From the NCBI RefSeq assembly GCF_009914755.1, contig NC_060933.1: a stretch of DNA of 64,000 nt, one strand, 5' to 3'. The notes below the pieces were generated by a model that saw nothing but the letters and a program-made list of their open reading frames with translations, ran no database searches and was not told the DNA's origin. The stretch comes from the human T2T-CHM13v2.0 reference genome, Homo sapiens. The position numbers and the translations under genes were made by a program. Position 1 is the first letter of the stretch; each line of letters starts with the position of its first letter. Of this stretch, positions 42,206 to 54,949 are shown piece after piece.

Positions 42206-43789
42206 AATTCAACCCCATTGAATTTACCATTCATTTTAAAGTTCCTCCTTGTCTGATTTTTTGTGGCTTGACTTGGAATTCAAGGTTTCCTCTGTTTTGA
42301 CAACAGAGGTTATCTGAGAGATCTAGACTTAAGTATTACTTCATTTTCTCCTCTCAATAACCATGTGAGACCAGTAGTACTTTCTCCATTTTACAGGTAA
42401 AAGTCTTGAAATGCTGTCCAGCCTGATCTTCCAATGAAACAGAAACTATGTCATATAAACCTGGATTTTTTCCACTTATAGATTCATTTTCAGGCCAGAA
42501 TGTCCCTTCTGCCTGCACACATTCTGCAAATGTTCTGGTCCTTCTCCATGTCAGAGGCTAGGCCAAATGCTGCCTAGTCCATCGAAGTCACTGCAGGGAG
42601 AAGCCATTTTTCTCCCTCCAAACAATTGCAGATTTTTGTTGCTGTCAATCTTATAACACTCTGTGCATTCTGTCTTTTATTTCCATGATTGTGTGTGTGT
42701 TTCTCATTTCCTCTATTAGATTTAATCATTGCAAGAGCAGGATCTTTCATTTTTATATGAAGCAAATGACTTCTGTGCAGGACTCAGAACTGTGCTCGCA
42801 GAGAACAAGAACATAATGCCCATTATTCCTTTTGCAGTTCTCGGTATTTTTTCCACAGTATTTTGACTCTGCAATGACTGTTAAATAAATATATTTTTAT
42901 TTTTATATATCTAAATTAGCAATTTTACCTTTGTAGATAAATTATTAATACACTGTTTTTACAGATGAATGAAACTAATTTGCATTGAGGATTTATAAAA
43001 GCTATCATTTAGAGCTTTTCCTTTTTAGACAAAAGGGATACATTTCAATACATATAATACATACAAATGAAATGAAACATGGTTGTTATATAACTTTTTC
43101 TTTTTTAGACAAAAGAAATAAAATATAGTAAATAAGATATATACAAATAAGATGCAACAATGGATGTTACATATTTAATCAAATATCAGTTAAATGTTCG
43201 CAGTGCCACATGGAATAAAGGCAATAGTACAGAAGTAGGAGTTAGAAGACAGCGTATTAACTAAACTCTGCCACTGATAATTTAATAGCCTTTCAAGTGT
43301 CGCTTGATTTCTTTATGCCTCTGTGAGATGAAGTTATTGGGCTAGAAGAACACTAGGTTCTTTCCTAGTTCTGACATTTTGTGGTTATAAGAATGTTGGA
43401 TGACTGAGCATTGGGCACAAATGCTAAGCCATGTGCTTTTCCGTCCACTAATCCTTCCCATTGAATTCATGCGGGCTGAGTCTTTGAATCAGTCATCGGA
43501 TGACCAACATCATTGTGGGTTCCTATGCTGCATTTGAAACCAGCCTCATCTGTTTGTTGTTCCTTTAGTCCCCCTGTCCCTGACTATTAGCGTAAAGATT
43601 AGCCATGATGACTGGTAACTATGGAGTGAAAGGCAGTTGAGTTCATTTAATTAGAACTAGCCCTGCTTTGGTATTAGATGTATTTAAATTTCTAACCTCA
43701 ACTCTAAGCCGGGTTTTTGGCTCACATTCTTTTCCACCCTGTTATTTCTTTGATGGAGAATTTTAGCCTTTATCTGAAGGGAATGATTA

Positions 43790-43820
<31 letters not shown>

Positions 43821-44996
43821 GAATGGATGGAATGGGCAAAGCATCACAATTATGAAGTAGTAACTGAGATTGGTCTAACAACTAGGACAAAGGAAGACTG
43901 AGAGAAAGAGGATGTAGAAGGAAGATTCAAAGTCAAGGTCAAGAGGGAGACCTTGGTGTGTACAGGAAACATATTATTTTTGTTGAAATAATCGTCAGTG
44001 CCTAGACATCCATTTAGTAGATAAGTAACATGTATTGGGCACTTGTTGTGTCTTAGGAAGCCTGCTAGGCATTTTACAAATATTATTTCATTTAATAGAA
44101 TATCCCAATTAAATAGATATCATTATTAATTCTTTTTACATAAAGGAAACTGGAATTTAGGAAGATTGGATAATTTTTTCCAAATCCCAAGACCACTGAG
44201 TGCAGAATACGAATTGGAAACCAAATTGCTGGGCTCCAAGTTCCCATGTGATTATGCATAACCAATGTTCTAAATAACATTGTATTGCTTCACAAATATT
44301 AGTAGCCACTCTGATCTGCTGAATGACTACTATATGAGAAAGGTTTAATAAGTGACCTAAGACCATACCACTAGTGCATGGCGGAATCAGAATGCAGCAT
44401 CTATTTAAATCTAAAAATCAAGATCTTTCTACTGTAATTGGACTTTTAAAGGAAAGTAATTTAAAATGTTTTATGTGACTAAGGGATTTGTAACTAATTG
44501 ATATGTAGGTATCTACCCAGATGACATCAGAACATAGGCAACCTGTTATTAAGGAAAAATGTTCAAATAAGCTAGGAAATCAACTAACAAAGGGCAATAT
44601 TGTAATAACACACACCAAGAGCAGAGACTAAGATCCTCAAGGGAACATTCAACTTTTCTTTACAATTGTCCAAGAAAGAAGGATCATTTTCCAGCCTGCA
44701 TACATACTCTTATCTGGTTTATCATGGAGAATGGTAATTAATAATCATATATTGAACTATTTACTCTCTAAAACCATCCACCTGCTTTTGGCTGATTCTT
44801 GTTAACTCATCCCTTACATTTCCCTCCCAAGCCAAGACAGTATTAGCAACCTGATTGAATATTAGGTGTGCTTACAAGTTGTATTGCCATTATTAAGGAA
44901 AAGTAAGAGGAAAGGAAACCATAATAACTAAATATAACACATGATTCAGAATTAATTTTTAGATAATGAGGGAAAACGCCATAAAAGACATTAGTA

Positions 44997-45234
44997 GGCC
45001 GGGTGCAGTGGCTCACACTTGTAATCCCAGCACTTTGGGAGGCCGAGGTGGGTGGATCACTTGAGGTCAGGAGTTTGTGACCAGTCTGGCCAACATGGTG
45101 AAACCGTGTCTCTACACGGAGGCTGAGGCAGGAGAATCTCATGAACCTGGGAGGTGGAGGCTGCAGTGAACTGAGATCACACCACTGCACTCCAGCCTGG
45201 GCAACAGAGGGAGACTACATTTAAAAAAAAAAAA
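44997..45234 (+). mobile_element. AluS with an internal deletion of the A-rich linker
   Basis: Junction gtctctac/acggaggctgagg. TSD-like aaaagacattag / aaaaggatattag. Confidence 0.92.
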
Positions 45235-45804
45235 GGATATTAGAACAATTTGAGAAAAATTTTAAATAGTTTTAAATAGATCATGTATTAGATAATGGTA
45301 TTTTGTCAATATTAAATTTCCTGAATGAGATAATTGTGCTGTGGTTTTGTGAAAGAATGACCCAATTGAAGGATTTGGGGTAAAAGGGCATGATGTCTAA
45401 AAATTATTCTCAAGTTTGTCTCAAAAAAAAGAATGAAAATGATAATGTCAAGAAAGAATAATATTTAAAAATAAGGAACAAAGGCTATACGGGAGTTCTT
45501 GGCACTGCTGTAGCAGCTCCTCTAAATGTTTGAAATTGTTTTAAAATAAAAAGTTAAAGGAAAATCAGTTGCCTACCTAGGTCAATTTTGTGTTTTCATA
45601 TTTAGTGTATTTTTCTAACCCTGATGAATCTTTACATAAGTGACTTGACAAAAAGCAAACAAAATCCTAAAACTCTGGTGAAACACTTCAGCATAGCACT
45701 ATGGCAGCCTCCTATGAACATGTCTGTAAAACTCAGAGATGTCCATTTTTTAAAAACTAAATTCTTGTGAAACTATTCAGCACATGGCACTAAAGTATTT
45801 TATT

Positions 45805-46110
45805 TTTCTTTTCTTTTCTTCTTCTTCTTTTTTTTTTTTTTTTTTTTGAGACAGTCTGGAGTATAGTGGCGCCATCACCACTCACTGCAGCCTCAACCTC
45901 CCAGGCTCAGGTGATCTTCCCACCTCAGCCTCCTGAGTAGCTGGGACTACAGGTGCCTGCCACCACACGTGGCTAATTTTTTGTATTTTTTTGTAGAGAG
46001 GGATTTTCACCATGTTGCCCAGGCTGGTCTCAAACTCCTGGACTTAAATGATCCAGCTACCTCAGCCTCCCAAAGTGCTGGGATTACATGTATGAGCCAC
46101 TGCGCCCAGC
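45805..46110 (-). mobile_element. AluJ
   Basis: Poly(T), then gcctcaacctcccaggctcaggtgatcttccc...ccactgcgcccagc. Confidence 0.9.
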
Positions 46111-46591
46111 AACACTAAATGTCCAAAAAGCATTGTTATTCCTTTGGTATTTCTTTAGGTGATAAACTTGACTTGCTAGGGAATTGGGAATTAACCTAGA
46201 TGTTTATGGATGAGACTGTTTTTCTCTGGGATAAACCCACCACCCAGAATCAAAGGGCCAATTAAGAGACATGATCTTGACTTGTCTCAAGCACCCACAG
46301 AGAATTTTGTGGTTTGGTCTTCAGAGAGACACCACCTCTGCTCTTCCACAGAATGTCAGAATGGTAAGTGAACTCTTTTCCCTCCCTTGTGTCTTGACTC
46401 AGGATATTCTCCAGGATGCTACAGTCCTTGTGTCCTACAACAGAAAGCTTTCCTGCATTCCTGGCAGTCACTAAATTCTGGTATCTAGAAAATTTAGTTC
46501 TCATTGCCAATTTCCCTTTCAATATATTCTTTCACCACCAGACTGGAAAAGCTCAAACACGTCTCCAGAGAACATTAAAAAATCCCAAGGC

Positions 46592-46927
46592 ATTCTGTTC
46601 TTGTGTTAGTTTGCTGAAGATAATGGCTTTCAGCTCCATCCATGTCCATGCAAAGGACACGATCTCATTCTTTTTATGGCTGCATAGTATCCTATGGTGT
46701 ACATGTAGCACATTTTTTTTTATCTAGTCTATCATTGATGAGCAGTTGGGTTGATTTCATGTCTTTGTTATTGTGAATAGTGTTGCAGTGAACATACATG
46801 TGCATGTATCTTTATAAAAGAACGATTTATACTCCTTTAGGTGTATACCCAGTAATGGGATTTCTGGGTCAAATGGTATTTCACATCCTGCACATGTATC
46901 CTGGAACTTAAAATAAAATAAAATTTT
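46592..46927. mobile_element. Short L1PA insertion with a 5' inversion
   Basis: Antisense L1 at 46592-46882 joined to a sense 3' terminus at 46883-46927. TSD aaaaaatccca(a)gg. Confidence 0.85.
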
Positions 46928-48497
46928 AAAAAATCCCAGGATAAATCAGTAAATGAAACTCTAATAGCAAATGTGTTTCATGTGAAAATGTAACCTGGTC
47001 ATGTAGTATACTCTGAAAAAGCCAGGAGAACTAATTTGCAGAATTGCATTTCTAAGTGTTCAAGTGAAATTAGACACTCAAAACATTACACACATTGCCC
47101 AGACAAAAGATCTTTTGAGTTCATTGCTCCCTCCTGAATTATGTGAAGAAATGGCTAAAATTCTCTGAGTTGGTTCTATTTGAGTTGGTCACAAGAATTT
47201 AAGAAAAACGTTTAACCTGCCTTCCATTTCTTGTTGGCTGTTTCAAAATAAAGCCAGAGGTATGTATTCAATAAAGCCAGAAGTATGTATCCTTAGAAGA
47301 TAACAACAACAAAAAGACAAAACAACAACAACAACCACAACAACAAAAGAGAAAAAAGAAAAAGAAGAAAACCGAACTAGATTAGACATTTGTGAATGAG
47401 TATCTGATACCTGATGTTGTCTCTGCCTAAAAAAGTGAATTCCAACCTCTGTCACTTAGTTTGGTATTCCTGGAGATAAAAATACTTTACCATTTGTACA
47501 CTGAGGACAATGAGATCATAGTTATGACCGCAAAACTGAATTTTTCAAGATGAAATTTCTTACTGGAATTCCTCTAGCACATGAGCTAATAAGATACTTT
47601 TTAACTTTTCAAGGTTTTAAGAATTACTACCTGTATGGCTTTAATATAAATAATGAAATATAATACAAATAATGTCTAGAGACTCAGAACGAGCCAATAT
47701 AAAACAGATATTTTCTGTTTAATTCTGTAATGTCTTATTTATACAATGAAAATTTTCTAATATTTAAACTTGCTTCTGGCTTTTGTCTTGTTCTGTCCTC
47801 TGCTTTCTTTGTTACACATTTTAAAATGTTCTGGTTGCATGCCATTACAATATTAACTTGTCTACCTATTAATTTATTTACACGTGGCTTTAAACACATC
47901 TTTTAAAATGTAGACACTGTCTGGCTTTAGGAAAACACAACTCCCTCTGTGTTTGGACACTTTTCCTTCTCATTGTCCAAAGACCTTTCAGTTCTCCCCA
48001 AGGCTTTGGTTTCTTCAGTTTTCAAAAGGGTAAACATGTCCCAAATCTTACGAGGTAGTCCAAATTGCAAAGTTTATAGGCCAACATAAGTTTGAAAAAC
48101 TCTCGAAATGGGAGTTAAATTATTTCCTGTAAAAGAAGCCAATGAACTTCATTTGTTCTTACATTGTTACACTTGACTGCAGCAGCTAGTAGTGTCCTAA
48201 TAATAGAGGCACTGAAGTGTCTGTTAATGTAAAATGATAAACTTATATAAAATCTGAAAAAAATGTTATCCTAAGTTGCCAAACTAAAAAAATTTTAGAA
48301 TGTGTATAGTTATACACAAATGTTCATTTCATTTGGGCCTAAATCACTTTGTATATGGAAGCACAACAGAAGAATGAAAACACAAGCAGCAATTCTGTTA
48401 TGAGGGGGTAAATGTGTAAGCTTGGTGTAGTTTCATGCGGAGGACATTTTTTTCAGCTGCTCTCTTTTGATTCCCAGATCTCTCCTTAGAACTCTAA

Positions 48498-48864
<367 letters not shown>

Positions 48865-49584
48865 TGAGGAGGTGAGGGAGAGGAGACAAAGTCTCTGCTA
48901 ATTTGGAAAAAAAAAGGGGGGGCTCTATTAAAACTAAGAAGGTTGCAGGACTTCTCGAAACCTATAATATGCTGCCGATGTGCAATCTGAAATTCCAAGA
49001 GAGGAAAATATATTGTATAGAATTTTTCCGAATGTTTTTTCAATGGAACATGTCCTGATAAATTTTGTAGAACCTCTTTCCCCTTTATTCATTGCAAATT
49101 TGCCCATTATTAAGGCTTATATTCAGTCAAATTTCCTACCTGAGGCCATTCCTGATTCCCTCAGTTAGCCTTCATCATGACCACTTCTGCAAGTCACTAC
49201 AAGTTTCTAAAATCCTCATTTTTTTTATGACCCCTCCTTTCTGTGGTGCAGGGATTGTGTCTTTATTAACCACTAAATTAAAGATCTTCAGATAATGGAC
49301 CATTCATTATTCACCTCTTTTCTACAGCACTTAACACATACCCAAAACTTTGTAGGAACTCAATAATTGCTTACTGAAGGACTGAGGCCATCTATTTCAG
49401 ATAAAATCCACTGATTTTGAGAATTCTTTTGGAAAATACAGCATGTTTCTTTACCCATTTGAGAATAGGTGGATTAGACTTTTACTTTTAAATGTACCTT
49501 TATGCTCAGTTTAACACTGTTTTTAAGTGACAAGAAGAAATCACTGTAACCAAAACTTGTACTTAAAAAAATTCAAAAGTAACA

Positions 49585-50125
49585 AGAATCATGCAAGGTT
49601 GTTTTTATTAAGCTTTATATTCAGTTTACAGCTAAATATTACAGGGATTATTTCTTTTGACAAGCAGACATGACATCCTAGGAAACTTTTCAAAACAGTC
49701 CAAGGACTTTATAACTACTGGGAACAGAGCAATTTACTCTGCAGTTAACGTGTATGTTAAGTACTTCAAGAGTCACTAAGGGAAAGAAGCTAAATGCAAC
49801 TGTTCCTTTTCTATAAAATTATTATCCTGCAAAAGTAGCTACAAAGGAAAATCACATAACTATGACAAAGCTAGAGAGATCATACATCCGAATTTGTCTT
49901 TTTTTATTTAGGATAGGACTTGGGGGTCACATTTCAGAAGGCAAATAATTCTTTCAGAAGAAGCTACATGTCAAGTTTTCTATGGGTAGTATTAATACTA
50001 ATATGATTTAGCTTATGTTTAAAAAAATCAAGAAAAGAAAAATTTTGTCTTTAAAATCTACTATATTAGTGACTGTAAGGAGATGCTTAGCTATTGAAGA
50101 GCTTCTCTCCACTCTTGTATTTTCT
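49585..50125 (-). other. ALDH1A1: ALDH1A1 3'UTR (3' end approximate)
   Basis: Follows the TAA stop; ends ~20 nt after the AATAAA, with a T-rich downstream element on the minus strand. Confidence 0.85.
49604..49609 (-). terminator. ALDH1A1: Distal polyadenylation signal AATAAA of ALDH1A1
   Basis: Plus-strand tttatt; on the minus strand it is followed by ttcttgttacttttgaattttttt. Confidence 0.8.
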
Positions 50126-50198
50126 TTATGAGTTCTTCTGAGAGATTTTCACTGTGACTGTTTTGACCTCTGTATATTCATGGAAACCGTACTCTCCC
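50126..50198 (-). CDS. ALDH1A1: Aldehyde dehydrogenase 1A1, last exon (exon 13), coding part
   Basis: Acceptor ttttcttctctctAG; encodes (L)GEYGFHEYTEVKTVTVKISQKNS*; TAA at 50128-50126. Confidence 0.98.
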
Positions 50199-51737
50199 CT
50201 AGAGAGAAGAAAAACATACCCACAAACACCATTTAGCACAGCAGTATAAATATACTGTAGTTCATGTTTGGTACGAGTTTGTTCTTGTTTTACTGGCTAG
50301 GGACAATAGAAAATATTTCTTGTGTACAGAGCATTTTATATAGTAGCTAGCCAATCATAAGATTTCTGGTCTTACACAGATTCCCTTGTGGGGAAAATTT
50401 TCTTTAAAACTTTCATTTTAAATAATCATGTACTGTCAGTTGATTTCTCACATAAATTGTCCCCTTTTGACATTATTCTACTTGATTTTAAAAGCTCGAA
50501 CTGCAGATGCAACAAGATCATCTTGGAGAAATGAAAACAAAAAGCTCTAAAACTACTCAAAAGACAATTCGACCCAACAAGAATTTTGTCATTTCTAGTT
50601 TAGATTGAAATAAGATGGACATAGGACAAGAGGAGAAGTAGTAATATATGATCACTACAAGGTCTACTCTAGTTCTACAGTTTTATTGTAGTACTAGAGC
50701 AGAGCTTGTATTTACCATGTGTGATTGTCATAGAAGTGGTAAGGGGATAGAAATTGATCATGGTTTCATTTTTAGTCTGAGGTGCCCTAAGATGGCTTGA
50801 AACAAAATATTTTGCAGCAGTAGTTTCAGCAAAATCTTTTGATTCTTGGCAAAACAAAAACATGACCTTTATTTTTTATTTAAAACTTTTAAATTGTTTT
50901 CTTTTTAAGAGGAGGAAGATGATAGATTGGTCTAAATTCAGGCTCTTGGGCTTTTTGCAGTTGTTGTTTTTTCCCCTTTATACAACCTCCTCGTCCCCTA
51001 CCATTTTCTTGTATAACTCTTAAGTTCAACCCAAATGATCAGGAATTAACTCAGTCAATCAGTTTGGATTTTGGGATCTTGTTATCAGGTTTATGGAGAC
51101 CTCCCACCAGTTTTAGAAACTGACTGATTTACCCCTTGTTGAAGAGATGACTAAAAAGATTGGGCTCAGTTATTCTCTATATTGTTTTGATAAGAGGATC
51201 AAATTACATGTATATAAGAGTAGTCTCAAAATCATAACACTCATGCACATGTAGGCTTACAGAAGAATAAGATCTTGATCCTTTTTTACCCCTCCCTTCT
51301 TGTGATGTAGACGGGTATGTAGAAGACATCATTTTCTGCTGGGTAACCTAATACTCTTACACTGATTATTTTCTTGGGCAATTAAGCTTTTGAAAATACC
51401 TTTTAAAAGCTTCAGTGAGCATGGTCCTTAAAGTAATTAAAGGGCTTAGCCTCAGTTGTCTGAAACCCATTAAAAGATAATATTTTAATAAGTATTTTAT
51501 CTCAGGGTTAGATCAATCAACCCATGACTTTCGCCAATAGGCTTTCCATTGTATTTTGGGTCATATAGGCACTTGAAGCTCTCAGGAGAGTAATAAGTGG
51601 GATTTTTGTCATATTCAGGCTGAAATATGTCCTGCTCCTTAGGATTCCTATGCCTATACTATATCTACGACATAGCCCCAAACATCTGTTTGGATTTCTC
51701 TTCATCTTACTATGTCTGTGAGTTACTGTTTGTATAC

Positions 51738-51885
51738 TTCTAAAATCTTCAATGTACAAATCACCTGGGACCTTATTCAAATACTGATTCTGAATTAGCA
51801 GGTCTCGAGTGAAGCCTGAGTTGGCATTGGTAATAAACTTGCAAGTGATATCAACCTATGCTTCTTGTCCAGGGTCCACACTGTA
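51738..51885. mobile_element. MER5-like DNA transposon fragment
   Basis: aatcacctggga...gattctgaattagcaggtct...ggtccacact. Confidence 0.6.
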
Positions 51886-54874
51886 AAAAAAAAAAAGGCA
51901 CTAGTACCACATTACATCTGATTTCCTCTCTGTACCCAGGATTAAGACTGGCACTAATTAAGTAGGCACAGAAGAACTGTTTGCTGAACACACTTGGTAA
52001 ATATCAAGAAAAAAAATTCATTTGTGTTCTCACTATACGACCATTAGTTTACACTTCCTTGCTCCCTTTTCTATGGGACAGGAGGAAAAAAATATGGTGG
52101 GAGGGGCTAAGAGCCAATCAAGTTTAAAATGGCATACTAGCAAAGTCTTAAAGGACCTACGTTAACCTAAGTGAAACAGTACAGTTACACAAAGGGAGGA
52201 ATTTCTGTCTTTTAACTAATCCCAGAGCCAACACTATGATCAGAGATGCAAAATCAAGATTTGCATACTCTGTATCACCTTCAAACACACTGGGGTCTGC
52301 ATAACACCATTTTTCGCTCTTTGAGGACTCTGTTCTCAACTGATCAATTCTCTCTATTGTTGAGGAAAATTTATAATTTAACTCTTGGGAGTCATTTGAG
52401 GTTATCGCCTGAGTAATAACTTGTAACTCTTGGAACATCTTGCAGCAAATGACTTGGTTATTAAATTCACCAAATTTGGTTTCAGGTACACTTTAACTGT
52501 AGCATTCTCTAGTTGAATTTTTGAAGTAAAAAAAAAAAACCCACAACTTTTTCCTTTGTATTTGAAAGAAATTATCTATACTCATGTTCTAGATTTTTAG
52601 GAAATTACTGATGGTTGATTCCTGTTTTCAGTCCTTCTCTTATTTGATTTCTTTATGCCTTCACCTTAAAGTCTGACCAAATTATGTTCAACGAAATTGA
52701 CATGTTTGGTCTACTTTAGTCTTGCATTCCTTTTGATTATTTTATCTTTAATGTTCTCAGTGAAATGTGTTGTTAGATAACCAGGCCAGAAACGAACCAA
52801 CTGCCCTTCAGAGTAATCTAACCTTTGTTCTTACTTTTTGTACAAAGTAATTAGTTTTGCCAAGAGATTCTCCAGTAATAGAAAGAGAAGAAACTAGGGA
52901 AGGAAGAAACCCATTTGTTGAATTTACACTTTGTGACAGTTATGTGGCTAGGGATTTAATATTCAGTATGTCATTTAACTCCCACAAGAACTCTCATTCC
53001 ATCTTAAGAGGAATGTGAACATCTCCACCAAATATGAGAAAGTAGAGGCTCAGAAGTTAGGTAGCTTGAACTGGGGTGCATGGCTAGCAAGTGGCAGAAT
53101 TAGGAATCAAATTCAGCTGGTCAGACTCCAGTAATGTTTTCTCAGCTACGCCATGCATTTTTGATGGGCTAACTTTTTGTTCTACTTCAGCAACATCCTA
53201 AATATATCCATGGCTTTTCACTACTCCACTAATAAAATCTAAGTCAAATTTCTTAAATGCAGGACTTCTTAATCTGTATCATATGTTACTCTGAAATCAT
53301 ATTTTTCATCCCCATAAATCCACACCAATCAACAAAATTCACTAGCCCCTCAACATACCACATGTAATGTTCCATGCAAGAAAGCCCTCTTCTCTACTAA
53401 CTGATATCCTACACTTGCTTTCTGCCCTAGAGGAAGTTTCATCTCTTCTGTTAGGAGAAGTTTTCTTCTCTATAAACTGCCATTAAGTTTTCAACCACTG
53501 GATTTCCAGTGGGGTCAGAACTATAGAATCTTAAGCATGGAATAGAGGTTAAAAGATCTATTTTCTTCTTCCACTCTTATCCACACTCACAATCCTTGGC
53601 CTTGTCTGACAGATGAAAATAGTGATGGTTAGAGAGATGCCATCCTGACTCTTATACTCTGGTAGTGTCTAGGTTTTCTTCAATACTTTGCTCGGTACTT
53701 TAATTGCTTCTCTACCTCCATAGGATATGGAATCCCAGTGTATTACTACTTATTTCATAGTGTATGTAGGTTATTTTGCATGTCCTGCCACCACAGCTAT
53801 GTAGAGCATGGAACATGGTGTCATGTCTCTGGGGTTCCTAGGACCTTACACATAGCAAGTGCTTAATAAATGAAAGCATATTGAGAAAGTAGACTGGTCA
53901 TTTTATAATTCTCCCATTTCACTGACTCTTCAGAGATATTTGTTTCCTTGTAATTTTGCTGATTTGTTAGAGTACAGTACTCAACCATTTAATACATTTA
54001 GAGATTGAGAAAGGCACATTTTCACTTCCTAATTACAAAATGAGCAAGTTTACGATCTGTGTTTGATACTATAAGGTTTCTATTTCTTTTTTCTTCATAA
54101 ATGTTTACATTAATACATGTAAAAAAGTTTTAAGAAATAAAATGACTAAACTTGCCTAAACAAAATCAACTAAGCATATTGCCACTACTTTCTGTATTTA
54201 CATATATATGTGCATACTTAAAAAGTCTATATACCCTAGTTTCAAAAGCAATTGAAATTTCATAAATGCATTTATATATAAATATTCTTAATCTAGTCAC
54301 TACTATAAAACATGTTTTCCTCAAATTTCCTTTTAGGTTTAAGTTTTAATACTAAAAATAACTTCTTATGGTAATAAAAAATGTTAAAGTCTACATCAAT
54401 AATATCTCAACAAATGGGAATCATTCCTCTTACACTGAAATTTCCTTTACATAAGTCACCTAATTTACTTATTTAAATGGTTTATTCAAATAACTAGAGT
54501 GTTTACATTTGCACCTTTCTTGCAATCACCAATGCATAGTTTCCACCTCTTTTCTGGAAATGTTTCCCAAATGGATTACATTCATATATATAGCAAGCAA
54601 TTCTAAAAGCAAGCAGTATTACAATCACCAATGTAAGTTGCTTAATATAGTCCCTAAAATATAGTAGGAATTTAGTAAATTATGTTGCTGTTCTGCAATC
54701 ACCTTTTGCACTTATGGAGTACATCCCACATTTAATAAGCTATTTGGTGCTATGAATCTCCAGGAAAGAACAGAGGCAGGTTTTATGTAAGGTGAAAACT
54801 ATGAGTTAATTCCCTGGGAATGAAAATCATTTTCATAAAAATAAATATTTATCTTAATAGAACGTTAATCTTAC

Positions 54875-54949
54875 AGTTCTCTTCCATTTCCAGACATCTT
54901 GAATCCACCAAAGGGGCACTGGGCACTTACCACGCCATAGCAATTCACC
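54875..54949 (-). CDS. ALDH1A1: ALDH1A1 exon 12 (75 nt)
   Basis: ttttccttcAG / (W)[24 protein letters not shown](L) / GTaaga; contains the ALDH PFGGxKxSGxGRE motif. Confidence 0.98.

Noticed and set aside
40648-42338. Direct repeats as a CRISPR-like array or an element TSD
   Set aside because: Only two copies, 1.65 kb apart, in eukaryotic DNA. The interval is a mix of unique, MIR and L1MC sequence rather than a single element.
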